Source of the DNA: an uncultured Methanomassiliicoccales archaeon
GTDB lineage: Archaea > Thermoplasmatota > Thermoplasmata > Methanomassiliicoccales > UBA472
Length of the DNA stretch: 64,000 bases
Reading direction: 5' to 3'
NCBI GenBank assembly: GCA_963695345.1
Contig: OY968769.1
Span: forward strand, 768,001-832,000
Shown: one piece after another, positions 41,973-51,428 of the stretch
How positions within the stretch are numbered: position 1 is the stretch's first letter
How the letters are laid out: each line of letters begins with the position of its first letter
The notes under the pieces: model-generated
Told to the model about the DNA's origin: nothing
Database searches by the model: none
What the model saw: only the letters and a program-made list of their open reading frames with translations
Made by a program: the position numbers and the translations under genes

Positions 41973-42673
41973 TTGAGCTCGATGAAACAGGACAGCAAGA
42001 ATCGCGGGCTTGTTCTATCTGATCTTCGTCATGCTATTGCCCCTCGCCACATCGATCCGTTCTCAGCTGATCGTGTCCGGGGATGCCGCCGCCACAGCCC
42101 AGAAGATCATGGCGAACGAGCTTCTGTTCCGCCTCAGTTTCATGACCGAGCTGGTTTCGGCCTTGTTCTTTGTCCTGGCGGCGTGGGCCCTATATGCGCT
42201 ATTGAGGTCGGTCAACAAGGACCTTGCTTTGCTCTTCCTGCTGCTGAACCTGTGCGGGGTCGCGATCGAATGCGTCAGCGTGCTCAATCTGTCTACGGCC
42301 CTGTCGCTGTTGAGCGGGGCCGATTACCTGACGGTGTTCCCGGCCGATCAGCTGCAGGCCCAGGCCTTGTTGCATATCGATATGTACGATAGACGGATTC
42401 ATGATCGCCCAGCTCTTCTTCGGCGCCTGGTTGCTCCCGCTCGGTTATCTGGTCTACCGGTCGGGCTTCCTTCCCAGAGTGTTAGGCATCCTGCTGATCA
42501 TCGACTTCTTCGGTGTGCTGATATGGTTCATGCAGTACTTCCTGCTCCCCGAGGCCGATGTCCTATCCTACCCCGGCTTGGCGGCGGGTTTCATCGCCGA
42601 GGTCTCGCTGACATTGTGGCTTCTGGTCAAGGGAGTGAAGGATAACGGACCGTCCCCGACCGAGGGAGGTTGA
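41973..42673 (+). CDS. DUF4386 membrane protein; two frameshifts
   Basis: RTARIAGLFYL, IVSGDAAATAQKI, FFGAWLLPLGYLVYRSGFLPR and LWLLVKG. Confidence 0.85.
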
Positions 42674-42734
42674 TCCCGTATGGAAGCTTCAACAGCAGAA
42701 CTGAGTCGGGCAGAGGACGTCGCATGAGTTCAAC

Positions 42735-43149
42735 ATGAAGCTGTTCAAACTGGCTATCGTGGGAGGGGCAGCATTCTGGGCGACCAACTTCGCGATCTCC
42801 CTGACGCCGATCGCCGCCGAGTACCGGGCGGCCCTTTCAATTTCTTATCTGCCAATGCTCGTCGAATCGTTGATCGGCGGCCTGGTCATCGGATTCTTTG
42901 TCAGCTATGTCTTGCTCCGTTTTTTTGACAAGATACCGACAAAGGAATCCGATTCTAAAATCCGTGATCCTCAGCGTCATCGCCCTGATCGTTGTCACGG
43001 TCCTGCTCGAAGGTCCTGCACGTTTTCTCACGCCAAGCGATGCCTTGCGTTACTTCCTCATCGGCGCATTGTTCAACGTACTGAGGATACTCGCTCTCGG
43101 ATTAGCCATTGGCTATCTGTACAAAAGGCTGGAGAGAAAATATATTTAA
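42735..43149 (+). CDS. Small four-TM membrane protein; frameshift at ~42945
   Basis: ORFs 42735-43157 and 42898-43149 join into a continuous hydrophobic protein (...FDKIPTK/NPILKSVILS...). Confidence 0.7.
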
Positions 43150-43202
43150 TGGATTAATTAAATATCGAACGGAACCGGTCCATCCGGGACCGCACTTCCA
43201 TG

Positions 43203-43647
43203 TCACACGAACTCGAGGACAAAGGTTTCGCAAACGACAAGCATGTTCTCATCAAAGGACAGACCGTGTTCCTCCAGTTCTCTCTTGAAGAAATCCCTGT
43301 GGACCTTTCTCCAATACTCAAGGGAGCGGTCACCCTCACCTTCATTGTAAGCATGTTCTCGGCCTACGTCACAAAACCTGCAGACAATCGACATCAGTGC
43401 ACCTGATGATGCACACTGCCTCGCCATTTGCCTTTAGGATGATGCTTAGGTCTCCGACTGATGGAATTGGGGAGTTTTCAATCTGGTATATTTGATGGGC
43501 AGATGACGTCGCGGACTTGATCCCGCACATGACAAGACCCGCTAATTCATCAGCGGCCTCTCCACCCCCACAAAAACTCCAGGCGGAATAGGATTCTGCT
43601 CGAGGGTTTCTTTGCCTGAATCTTTCCCAGATTTCATATGATGTCAC
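43203..43647 (-). CDS. ASCH domain protein; frameshift at ~43390
   Basis: ADELAGLVxxGIKSATSS, PSVGDLSII and HAYNEGEGDRSLEYWRKVH. Confidence 0.88.
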
Positions 43648-43978
43648 TTTTTCATCTCCAAAAGCCTCATGGAAAAGATCATTCGCGACTTCATTCCCAC
43701 TGCCTCAACAAACCATTCAGTCTTTACTGTGATATGAAATTAGGGGTTATTTCTCAAAGAATATGGCCCTACTGGAAGATAAGGAAAAGGACGATGTTAC
43801 ACTTTGGTCCTGATGCCTCTGATGACCTTTCTATTAAATTGGCCTTGCGGTGTTTCCCCGTTCCGGCGGTTGGTCGCCGCCCGCAAAATATGTAATCCTA
43901 CGGTACAATACCGCATGACACGGTATCGCCGACTGGCGGCGGGACTTTTGCGCCATATCCATATTCGGAGGAAGACCT

Positions 43979-44989
43979 GTGATAATATCCATCGCTGAAC
44001 TTAGGGACCTGACCACGAAGGCCATTGCCGGCTTCGGCTATAACGAAGAGGAAACCGCAGCCATCCGCGAAATTCTTCTGTATGCCCAACTGCGCGGCAA
44101 CAATCAGGGGGTGGTGAAACTGATCGGCAAGGGAATTCCCAGGGATCCCGCTGTCGGAGAGATAGTCATCGAAAAGGAAACACCCCTCTCGGCGCGTATC
44201 AATGGCAACCGCAACCATGCCATGGTGGTGGTGCGCAAGGCGCTGGAGATCGTCGCGACGAAGGCGGAGAAGAGCGGATTCGGCATCGCGGGGACCTTCA
44301 ACACCAACACCTCATCTGGCGCCATTGGCTACGTCGCCTCCGAACTGGCCCGGAGAGGGTTCATCGGTTTCGTGTTCAGCAGGTCACCGGAACGGGCGGC
44401 CATGCACGGCTCCTATGAACCGGTCTTCGGCACCAACCCACTGGCGATCGGCATCCCGGCCGGGGAAGACCCGATCGTGCTGGACATGTCCACGGCGGCG
44501 ATCTCCTATTACGGACTGGTGGAGGCGGTGACCGAGGGAAGCGACATCCCCGGAGACATGGCGTACGACGCCGCAGGTCAGCCGACCACGAGCCCGGCGG
44601 AAGCGATCAAGGGGGCCATCCGTTCCTTCGACCGGGGGTACAAAGGCTCGGCCCTGGCCATGGTCGTTGAGATCCTTGCCGGTCCGCTGGTTGGGGCGGC
44701 GTTCTGCGGCCAGGCGGACAGCAAGGGGAACTGGGGGCATCTGATCTTCGCCATCGACCCGGACCTCCTCGGTGATCGCGATGAGTTTCTGGCCAATGTG
44801 GAGAGGGTCATCGGCAGGGTCAAATCGACCAGGCGTCTGCCAGGTGTGGATGATATCCTGGTGCCGGGGGAACGCGGCTCCGGCACCGCGCGGGAATGTC
44901 TGGAGAAAGGGGAGATCGACATCGAGGACAACCTGCTCGCGGAGCTGCGCAAGGTTGCTGGGGCGCCGGCAATCATCACCAAGAAGTAG
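43979..44989 (+). CDS. Ldh_2 (malate/L-lactate/L-sulfolactate dehydrogenase type 2) family oxidoreductase
   Basis: FGTNPLAIGIP, VLDMST, GYKGSALAMVVEILAG and VPGER; GGAGG RBS. Confidence 0.9.
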   Translation: MIISIAELRDLTTKAIAGFGYNEEETAAIREILLYAQLRGNNQGVVKLIGKGIPRDPAVGEIVIEKETPLSARINGNRNHAMVVVRKALEIVATKAEKSGFGIAGTFNTNTSSGAIGYVASELARRGFIGFVFSRSPERAAMHGSYEPVFGTNPLAIGIPAGEDPIVLDMSTAAISYYGLVEAVTEGSDIPGDMAYDAAGQPTTSPAEAIKGAIRSFDRGYKGSALAMVVEILAGPLVGAAFCGQADSKGNWGHLIFAIDPDLLGDRDEFLANVERVIGRVKSTRRLPGVDDILVPGERGSGTARECLEKGEIDIEDNLLAELRKVAGAPAIITKK

Positions 44990-45131
44990 CTCCACTCGGT
45001 AACGATCGAGAAAACGATAGCGGTCAGACAGATCAATTTCGAATGGACCCTACCTACGGAAAATTAACAAGGGATATGATAAAAGGAGAGGCCGAGGAGG
45101 CTTCATTTTGCATTGCGGATACTGGGTCCAG

Positions 45132-48100
45132 TCACTTTTTTCGTCGCATGAGCACCAAGATCGCCAGGATGGCGGCGACCAACACCCCGATGCCCACACC
45201 GGCATAGACCAGGGCATTATCGCCAGTTCCCCCGCTATCGATCGCGGCCGAAGCTGTCTGGGGAGTCGATATCGCTCCCGTTCCGATTTCGTTCACAGCC
45301 TTTACGCAATAGGTATAGCTCGTTCCCGCTGTAACTGATGTATCCACATAGTTCAGGACGTTCCCGTTCACTTGAGCGATCTGGGTTTCCACTCCCCCGC
45401 CAGAGCCGCGATATATCTGGTAGCACAGGATGTCTGACCCTCCATCATCGCTAGGAGACTGCCATGTCAGGGTTACCTGACCCGAACCGTTGATGGCGAT
45501 CAGACTCTGCGGGCAGGAAGGGGCCTCAATGGCGATGGCCAATCCATTGGCCTCGTTGGAGAACGGACCGGCCCCGTGGCTGTTGTTGGCCTTGACCATG
45601 TACACGTAGGTGTTGCCGTTCACCACGGTGGTGTCATTGAAGGTCGATGTTCCAGCCGCCACTTGGCCGATCGGCGTGGTGCTGACCGATCCAGCTGACA
45701 ATCCACGGAAGATTTCGTAACATGTGAACGCGGGATTGCCGACATTGTTCGGAGCTTCCCAGGTCAGAACGACGAAATGGTTGCCACCGACGGCCGCCAA
45801 GACCTGCGGAGCGCTTGGCAATGTCGTTTCAGCTATCGGAGCGGCATTTACGGCCGTGCTGTTCGGCCCGCGGCCGACTGAGTTCATAGCGCTCACTTTG
45901 TAGCAGTAGATCTGCCCATTGGTCAGATCTGCATCGGTGTAGTTGAGCACGTTGCCCAGGGTGATAAGCAGAGTCGCCCCGCCCGCGGTCGTTCCACGGT
46001 AAATATTGTAGCCAGTGATGGCGCAGCCGCCATTGCTGCTAGGTGCAGTCCAATTGAGGGAAGCCTGAGAATTGCCAGAAATGGCGACCAGTCCCGTGGG
46101 AGCCCCAGGTTCCACTGGAATGACATCACCCATCACCAATCCGTTCCAAACCTCTCCAGGTCCAGGGAAATCCGATGCGGCATATGCGTGGCCTCTTAGC
46201 TCCGGAGGGGTACCATATAACCATTTTTCTGGACCACCGATGGATGGTGCCACCAGACCTAAGAAAAATATACTTTTCAGGTTGACGCAGTCACTGAATA
46301 CATATCCCGCCTGGTCCGGGACAAAAAAGAGACCGATGGTCGTTACGCCGCTTCCTATGGTCACGGAGGTCAGGGAGGTGCAGGAGGCGAATGCGCCGAG
46401 CCAGATAGTCGCATTAGGGATCGTCACCGAGGTCAGGGAGGTGCAGGAGGCGAACGCATAGATTCCGATGGACGCGACTCCATCACCGATTGTCACGGAG
46501 GTCAGGGAGGTGCAGAAATAGAACGCATAGTCCCCAATGGACGTTACGCTGTTGGGTATGGTTACGGAGGTCAGGGAAGTGCAAGATTCGAACGTCCAGT
46601 CCCCGATGGTCGTTACACTATTAGGGATGGTCACGGAGGTCAGGGAAGTGCAAGATTCGAACGTCCAGCCCACGATGGTCGTTACACTATTAGGGATGGT
46701 CACGGAGGTCAGGGAAGTGCAAATGCCGAAAGCATAGAATCCGATTGTCGTGACGCTGTCCGGGATGGTCACCGAGGTCAGGGAGGTGCAGTCATGGAAC
46801 GCACCGCTTCCGATGGAGGTAACATTGTCCGGGATGGTCACGGAGGTCAGGGAGGTGATCGATTCAAATGCATCATCCCCAATGGCTACAACGGTATACC
46901 CACCCAATGTAGAGGGGATCATGATCTCTCCCCCAGCGCCAGTATATCCAGTGATTGTTGCACCATTGCCGTTCACTGAATAGGTATAATCGTCCAATAA
47001 TAATGGAATGACATCACCCATCACCAATCCGTTCCAAACCTCTCCAGGTCCAGGGAAATCCGATGCGGCGTACGCGTGGCCTCTTAGCTCTGTGGGAGTA
47101 CCAGATAACCATGTGGGAGTATGAGCTGTGCTGGGCCTGTAATCCAAAAAGACATTGGTCGGTGCAACGAGCCCTAAGAACATCAATGAGGTTAGTGAGC
47201 TGCAGTCAGAGAACGCATTGTCACCGATGGACGTGATGCTACCTGGAATCGCCACGCATGTCAGGGATGTGCAGGAATCGAATATATAGGCGGCGATATT
47301 CGTGACGCCGCTTGGAATGGTCACGGAGGTCAGGGAGGTGCAGTCACAGAACGCCCCGTCCCCGATCGACGTAACTCCGCTACCGATGGTTAAGGATGTC
47401 AGGTAAACGCAGGAATAGAACGCCCAGCCCCCGATGGACGTTACGCTGGAGGGAACGTTAAACGCCCCTGTTCTGCCACTAGGATACTGGATCAAGGTAG
47501 TGAGTGTTTTATTGTAAAGCACTCCATCAATACTAGCATAGTACGGGTTGCATGCATCAACATCGATCGAGGTCAGGCCAGTGCAGGAATCGAACGCATT
47601 TATCCCGATGGACGTTACGCCACAAGGAATGCTGAATGCCCCTGTTCTGCCACTAGGATACTGGATCAAGGTAGTGAGTGTTTTATTGTAAAGCACTCCA
47701 TCAATACTAGCATAGTACGGGTTGCATGCATCAACATCGATGGATTTCAAGGCGAAGCAATTAACGAACGCCCACTCACCAAAGGATCCAATGGACGTGA
47801 CGCCAGTTCCGATGGTCACGGAGGTCAGGGAGGTGCAATCTAAGAACGCCCAGCCCCCGATGGACGTTACGCTGTTGGGTATGGTCACGGAGGTCAGTGC
47901 AGTGATTGATCTAAATGCACCATTCCCAATGGCTACAACTGTATACCCACATATTGTAGAGGGGATCGTAATCGCCCCCCCAGCACCAGTGTATCCTGTG
48001 ATAGTGGCAACAGTCGGGCTGCCTTCAATTGTATAGGTATAGTCTCCATCCGTATTTGCGACAGCTGTATGTGGCGCTAAGATCGATAGCGCGACCAAGA

Positions 48101-48182
48101 ATGTAAATAAGACAATGATCGGGCTCCACGGATGCAAAAATAAGTTCTTTTTCCCTTTCGATATAATGTTGTTCGTTTCCAT
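45132..48182 (-). CDS. BspA-type LRR surface protein with two LRR blocks, three FN3 domains and a C-terminal anchor
   Basis: Many TSLTSVTIPNSVTxIG repeats; FN3 motifs LNWTAP, LTWEAP and LTWQSP; TM helix followed by MRRKK. Confidence 0.93.
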   Translation of the reverse strand: METNNIISKGKKNLFLHPWSPIIVLFTFLVALSILAPHTAVANTDGDYTYTIEGSPTVATITGYTGAGGAITIPSTICGYTVVAIGNGAFRSITALTSVTIPNSVTSIGGWAFLDCTSLTSVTIGTGVTSIGSFGEWAFVNCFALKSIDVDACNPYYASIDGVLYNKTLTTLIQYPSGRTGAFSIPCGVTSIGINAFDSCTGLTSIDVDACNPYYASIDGVLYNKTLTTLIQYPSGRTGAFNVPSSVTSIGGWAFYSCVYLTSLTIGSGVTSIGDGAFCDCTSLTSVTIPSGVTNIAAYIFDSCTSLTCVAIPGSITSIGDNAFSDCSSLTSLMFLGLVAPTNVFLDYRPSTAHTPTWLSGTPTELRGHAYAASDFPGPGEVWNGLVMGDVIPLLLDDYTYSVNGNGATITGYTGAGGEIMIPSTLGGYTVVAIGDDAFESITSLTSVTIPDNVTSIGSGAFHDCTSLTSVTIPDSVTTIGFYAFGICTSLTSVTIPNSVTTIVGWTFESCTSLTSVTIPNSVTTIGDWTFESCTSLTSVTIPNSVTSIGDYAFYFCTSLTSVTIGDGVASIGIYAFASCTSLTSVTIPNATIWLGAFASCTSLTSVTIGSGVTTIGLFFVPDQAGYVFSDCVNLKSIFFLGLVAPSIGGPEKWLYGTPPELRGHAYAASDFPGPGEVWNGLVMGDVIPVEPGAPTGLVAISGNSQASLNWTAPSSNGGCAITGYNIYRGTTAGGATLLITLGNVLNYTDADLTNGQIYCYKVSAMNSVGRGPNSTAVNAAPIAETTLPSAPQVLAAVGGNHFVVLTWEAPNNVGNPAFTCYEIFRGLSAGSVSTTPIGQVAAGTSTFNDTTVVNGNTYVYMVKANNSHGAGPFSNEANGLAIAIEAPSCPQSLIAINGSGQVTLTWQSPSDDGGSDILCYQIYRGSGGGVETQIAQVNGNVLNYVDTSVTAGTSYTYCVKAVNEIGTGAISTPQTASAAIDSGGTGDNALVYAGVGIGVLVAAILAILVLMRRKK
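47464..47741. repeat. Identical ~104-bp direct repeat (47464-47567 and 47638-47741) within the BspA gene
   Basis: GCCCCTGTTCTGCCACTAGG...CAACATCGAT occurs twice, offset by 174 bp. Confidence 0.9.
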
Positions 48183-48400
48183 CAACTTCCCCCCATTTTG
48201 AGGCGGGATGAAATCCAACCTGCCTCCCGATTATCACTAGCCCCCTCAGACCTAGCAAAAAGTGATCATCAAGAAGAGTCCTATGATATTGTTGTCCTTG
48301 TTGTATATAAATAAATTAATGATTACGTTAACATTTTTACTACTACTCAATTAATCACTGTTCTTGTGCAATTATCATGGAAAATTTTTCATTCCTTGTG

Positions 48401-48520
48401 TTAAAACATATCCGCTCTTATGACGATGCCAACTATCTTTCCCAGTTCGTCCTTCACCAAGGTCGAGAGCAGTTGCTCTATCGATTTCACCGCAACCTCA
48501 TGGAACATCGCCTCGGGTAT
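48401..48520 (-). pseudogene. Possible CBS-domain gene remnant
   Basis: The minus frame reads VAVKSIEQLLSTLVKDELGKIVGIVIRADMF*, resembling a CBS C-terminus; no intact start. Confidence 0.3.
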
Positions 48521-49151
48521 GAGGGCTCTCCATCACTATTTCGAAAAGGAGCGTCTGAAAAGGTTTCTAAACTCCATTAGATGGATCTATGTCATCTGGC
48601 CTGCTCTGCACTCCCCAATATTCATCTGATCGTTCTGACTCCGCCGGTCTTAGATCTTTGTTTCGTAAACACGCTGGCTATCGCGTCTGTTCTGCTGATG
48701 GTTACCGAGGCCACTCATTCTGGGCGGTCATCGTACCTACGGACGACGCACCAGTGGTTACCCTCGGATTCGGATCCTCTTCGATGAGACTATGCAGTGG
48801 GTTTAGTAGAAAAAAGAGAAGGTTTTCCTCCTAGTTCGGGAAGGAATTTGAAGAATATGCATGTAATACCAAAAAGCTCATTCCTTCCATCTACTGATTC
48901 GATGGCCGCCAAGTTGTCCGTTGGGGCACTTCCCATTCCCACCATTGTATATGTCGGTCCAAGACCCTTGCCATATGGTCGAGGATGTAGTATCAATGAT
49001 TTCATACATCCTTCTTCAATCAGACTAAATGAACCTAGAGCCATTCAGGTTCGTGGCAGCAATCTATTGTCCTTGAGACAGCAGAATAGTTATGTCAGGC
49101 AGCTCATTGTATTCTTAATGCTAAGGATGGGAAGACGGGGGAGAGCTGAAA

Positions 49152-49937
49152 ATGGCATACGCGAACAATGATGGCGTCAAAATTTACTATGAAGTCGTTG
49201 GAACAGGCCACCCCCTATTATTGTATCATCCCTTTGGTTACGATCAAACGTATTGGTCAAACCCTGATGAGAATTGGGTGGAAGCGCTCCAAAACGATTT
49301 TTCCTTGATCCTGATGGATGCCAGGGGACATGGAGCTAGCGATAAACCTCATGATCCCAATGAGTACCAATTATCGAAGCAGGTCTCCGATGTCGTCGCA
49401 GTCCTTGATGATATTGAACTTGAAAGAACACATTTCTTGGGATATTCCATGGGCGGGGTCGTTGGCTTCGGATTTGCATGCTATGCGCCGCAGCGCTCCT
49501 ATTCCGTTGTCATCGGTGGGGCAAGTGCCGCCGATGACCTGACTGAAGAACCGCACCCTTGCATCCCGATCTATCGCCAGGGGGCACAGGCGGTCATTCG
49601 CATGACAGAAGAAAGGGGCAATAAACCAGTGTCACCGAGCCTGAGGAAGATTCTACTATCGAATGATTATGAAGCATTGACGGCCATGCTCGAATTGAAA
49701 GAACGGCTTGGATTGGAGGCGATCTTACCTTCTGTCACCAAACACGCCTTGATCTATGCGGGGGATAAGGATCGGAGTTATGCGGAAGCGAAGCGGGCAA
49801 GCGAACTCATGCCGAATGCGACCTTTCTATCATTGCACGGAGATCATCTGACTTCGTATCTGCCGAGCGTATTGCCACACATCAAGAGATTCGTGCATCG
49901 GTACCGTAGGCGGTCATGTCAGATCCATTATTCTTGA
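49152..49937 (+). CDS. Alpha/beta fold hydrolase
   Basis: GVKIYYEVVG, DARGHGAS and GYSMGG nucleophile elbow. Confidence 0.92.
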   Translation: MAYANNDGVKIYYEVVGTGHPLLLYHPFGYDQTYWSNPDENWVEALQNDFSLILMDARGHGASDKPHDPNEYQLSKQVSDVVAVLDDIELERTHFLGYSMGGVVGFGFACYAPQRSYSVVIGGASAADDLTEEPHPCIPIYRQGAQAVIRMTEERGNKPVSPSLRKILLSNDYEALTAMLELKERLGLEAILPSVTKHALIYAGDKDRSYAEAKRASELMPNATFLSLHGDHLTSYLPSVLPHIKRFVHRYRRRSCQIHYS

Positions 49938-50119
49938 ATGAATCTTGAGCATAGTGGTGGAAATGGAAATTGATAGTGCTAATTCTTACCTGAACGAATC
50001 ACGTGTCGATAAAAGTACAAATCGATTTAGAAATCAACCGCTAGGGACATGATTCCAGTCAAGATGACCATTCATGACCCATTATGGCACCCCATTGCTT
50101 ATTTTTCTGATGGGTTCAT

Positions 50120-50665
50120 CTACTTTACTGGAGCACCGCAACTGTCACATTTCATTTTTATAATCTCATTCAAATTACCACAATATGGACACGGGATTTT
50201 CACGATCTCTCGAATGATCATTGTTCGTTCCACATGCTGTGATTTTTTTTTACTTGCCGCATAGAACGTCAATTCATCTTGGATCGCATTGTACAATTCA
50301 ACGTTCTCCGTGGTCTTGAACTCATGACGGGGATCTCCTGGAGCGTTCGCAGGATCGACCAGAATCACAACTTTTCTGCTATTGGGATGGTTTCTTGCGA
50401 AACCCGGATTCCCCAGGGTGATCGTGAGGTCGAACTCTTCCTTATGATACTCTACTAATTTGACGTCTAACATCGACCCCACCGGAATGGAGATCTTGTC
50501 TCCGTTCCTCATCTCATCTCCCCCATCGATGGAAGGCCTACTTGATGGTACCAATCCTATTGGAGTAGACCAAGTCACACTTTCATCCTTTGTGAACGTC
50601 ACCATCTCTCCCCCCACCTCGATTATTCCGTCGATCTCACGGTATCGGCCAATACACGAAAACAT
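50120..50665 (-). CDS. Hypothetical protein with C-terminal zinc ribbon
   Basis: IIREIVKIPCPYCG...KCDSCGAP. Confidence 0.6.
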   Translation of the reverse strand: MFSCIGRYREIDGIIEVGGEMVTFTKDESVTWSTPIGLVPSSRPSIDGGDEMRNGDKISIPVGSMLDVKLVEYHKEEFDLTITLGNPGFARNHPNSRKVVILVDPANAPGDPRHEFKTTENVELYNAIQDELTFYAASKKKSQHVERTMIIREIVKIPCPYCGNLNEIIKMKCDSCGAPVK

Positions 50666-50828
50666 TGAATGAATACTGCCTTGAACTGTATTTAGAGACT
50701 ATCGAAAGTATCGATGATCTTGAATTACTGACCGATAAATTGAGAGACTAAGATCTGTACCTGAGAGTATCGATTTTAGACACGAATGGAGTCATTTCAA
50801 AAAGAGGTATACCACCCCAGCTTACAAG

Positions 50829-50912
50829 TGCGGGGGGTGGGATTCGAACCCGCGAACCGCTAGGGACAGAATCTTAAGTCCTGCGCCGTTGGCCGAGCTT
50901 GGCTACCCCCGC
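50829..50912 (-). tRNA. tRNA-Leu(TAA)
   Basis: Reverse complement is GCGGGGGTAGCCAAGCTCGGCCAACGGCGCAGGACTTAAGATTCTGTCCCTAGCGGTTCGCGGGTTCGAATCCCACCCCCCGCA: acceptor stem, TAA anticodon, long variable arm, GTTCGAATC T-loop, no encoded CCA. Confidence 0.97.
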
Positions 50913-51122
50913 AAGCATCCAGTCGATGCGGTAAACACTATTTCAGTCTTTTTAGGTGGCGTCGCATATGGTGTCCTAGCAGTCATCCAGCTCACGATTT
51001 CCTTCTTTGTTTTCTTAGACAGTCGAACACTGGGAAGGTCATTCCGCTTGGATTTGAATACTTCCAGTTCAACATCGATCAGGTCTGGAAATATTGATGC
51101 CCAAGCGATGCCATGCGATTCC

Positions 51123-51383
51123 ATGAACCTGACCAACGAGACCTATCTCGTCAAGATAAGGAGCAAGAACTCCACCGAGTTCTATTACAGGGACAAGGAC
51201 GGTTGGAGCAAGGTCAGCACGAAAGGAAGGAAATTCAAAGCGACCGCGGAGCAGGTCCTGAACCACGTACTTCCGGCCATGGCCGGAGTCAAGCCGGGCG
51301 TGACCATCGAGGTGGAGCATTATGACGATCCAGAGGACCGGCCCCTCCCGGACATCGTCGGACGATGTTGGCCAACTCTCTGA
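51123..51383 (+). CDS. Small hypothetical protein (86 aa)
   Basis: MNLTNETYLVKIRSKNSTEFYYRDKDGW...ATAEQVLNHVLPA, with host-like codon usage. The longer track ORF overlaps the tRNA and is rejected. Confidence 0.65.
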   Translation: MNLTNETYLVKIRSKNSTEFYYRDKDGWSKVSTKGRKFKATAEQVLNHVLPAMAGVKPGVTIEVEHYDDPEDRPLPDIVGRCWPTL

Positions 51384-51428
51384 GAGGTGGCACACGTCCT
51401 CATCCGCTTGGACCTAGGACCGGACCTC

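Noticed and set aside
46370-46860. Regular GGTCACGGAGGTCAGGGAGGTGCA repeats as a CRISPR array or DGR
   Set aside because: They are 69-bp in-frame LRR coding repeats; no cas or reverse transcriptase gene is present.
48790-49171. Overlapping ORFs 48790-49044 (-) and 48797-49171 (+)
   Set aside because: No recognisable motifs, atypical composition and mutual overlap; likely non-coding or decayed DNA.
50889-51122. N-terminal part of track ORF 50889-51383
   Set aside because: It overlaps the tRNA and its promoter; the ATG at 51123 is the plausible start.
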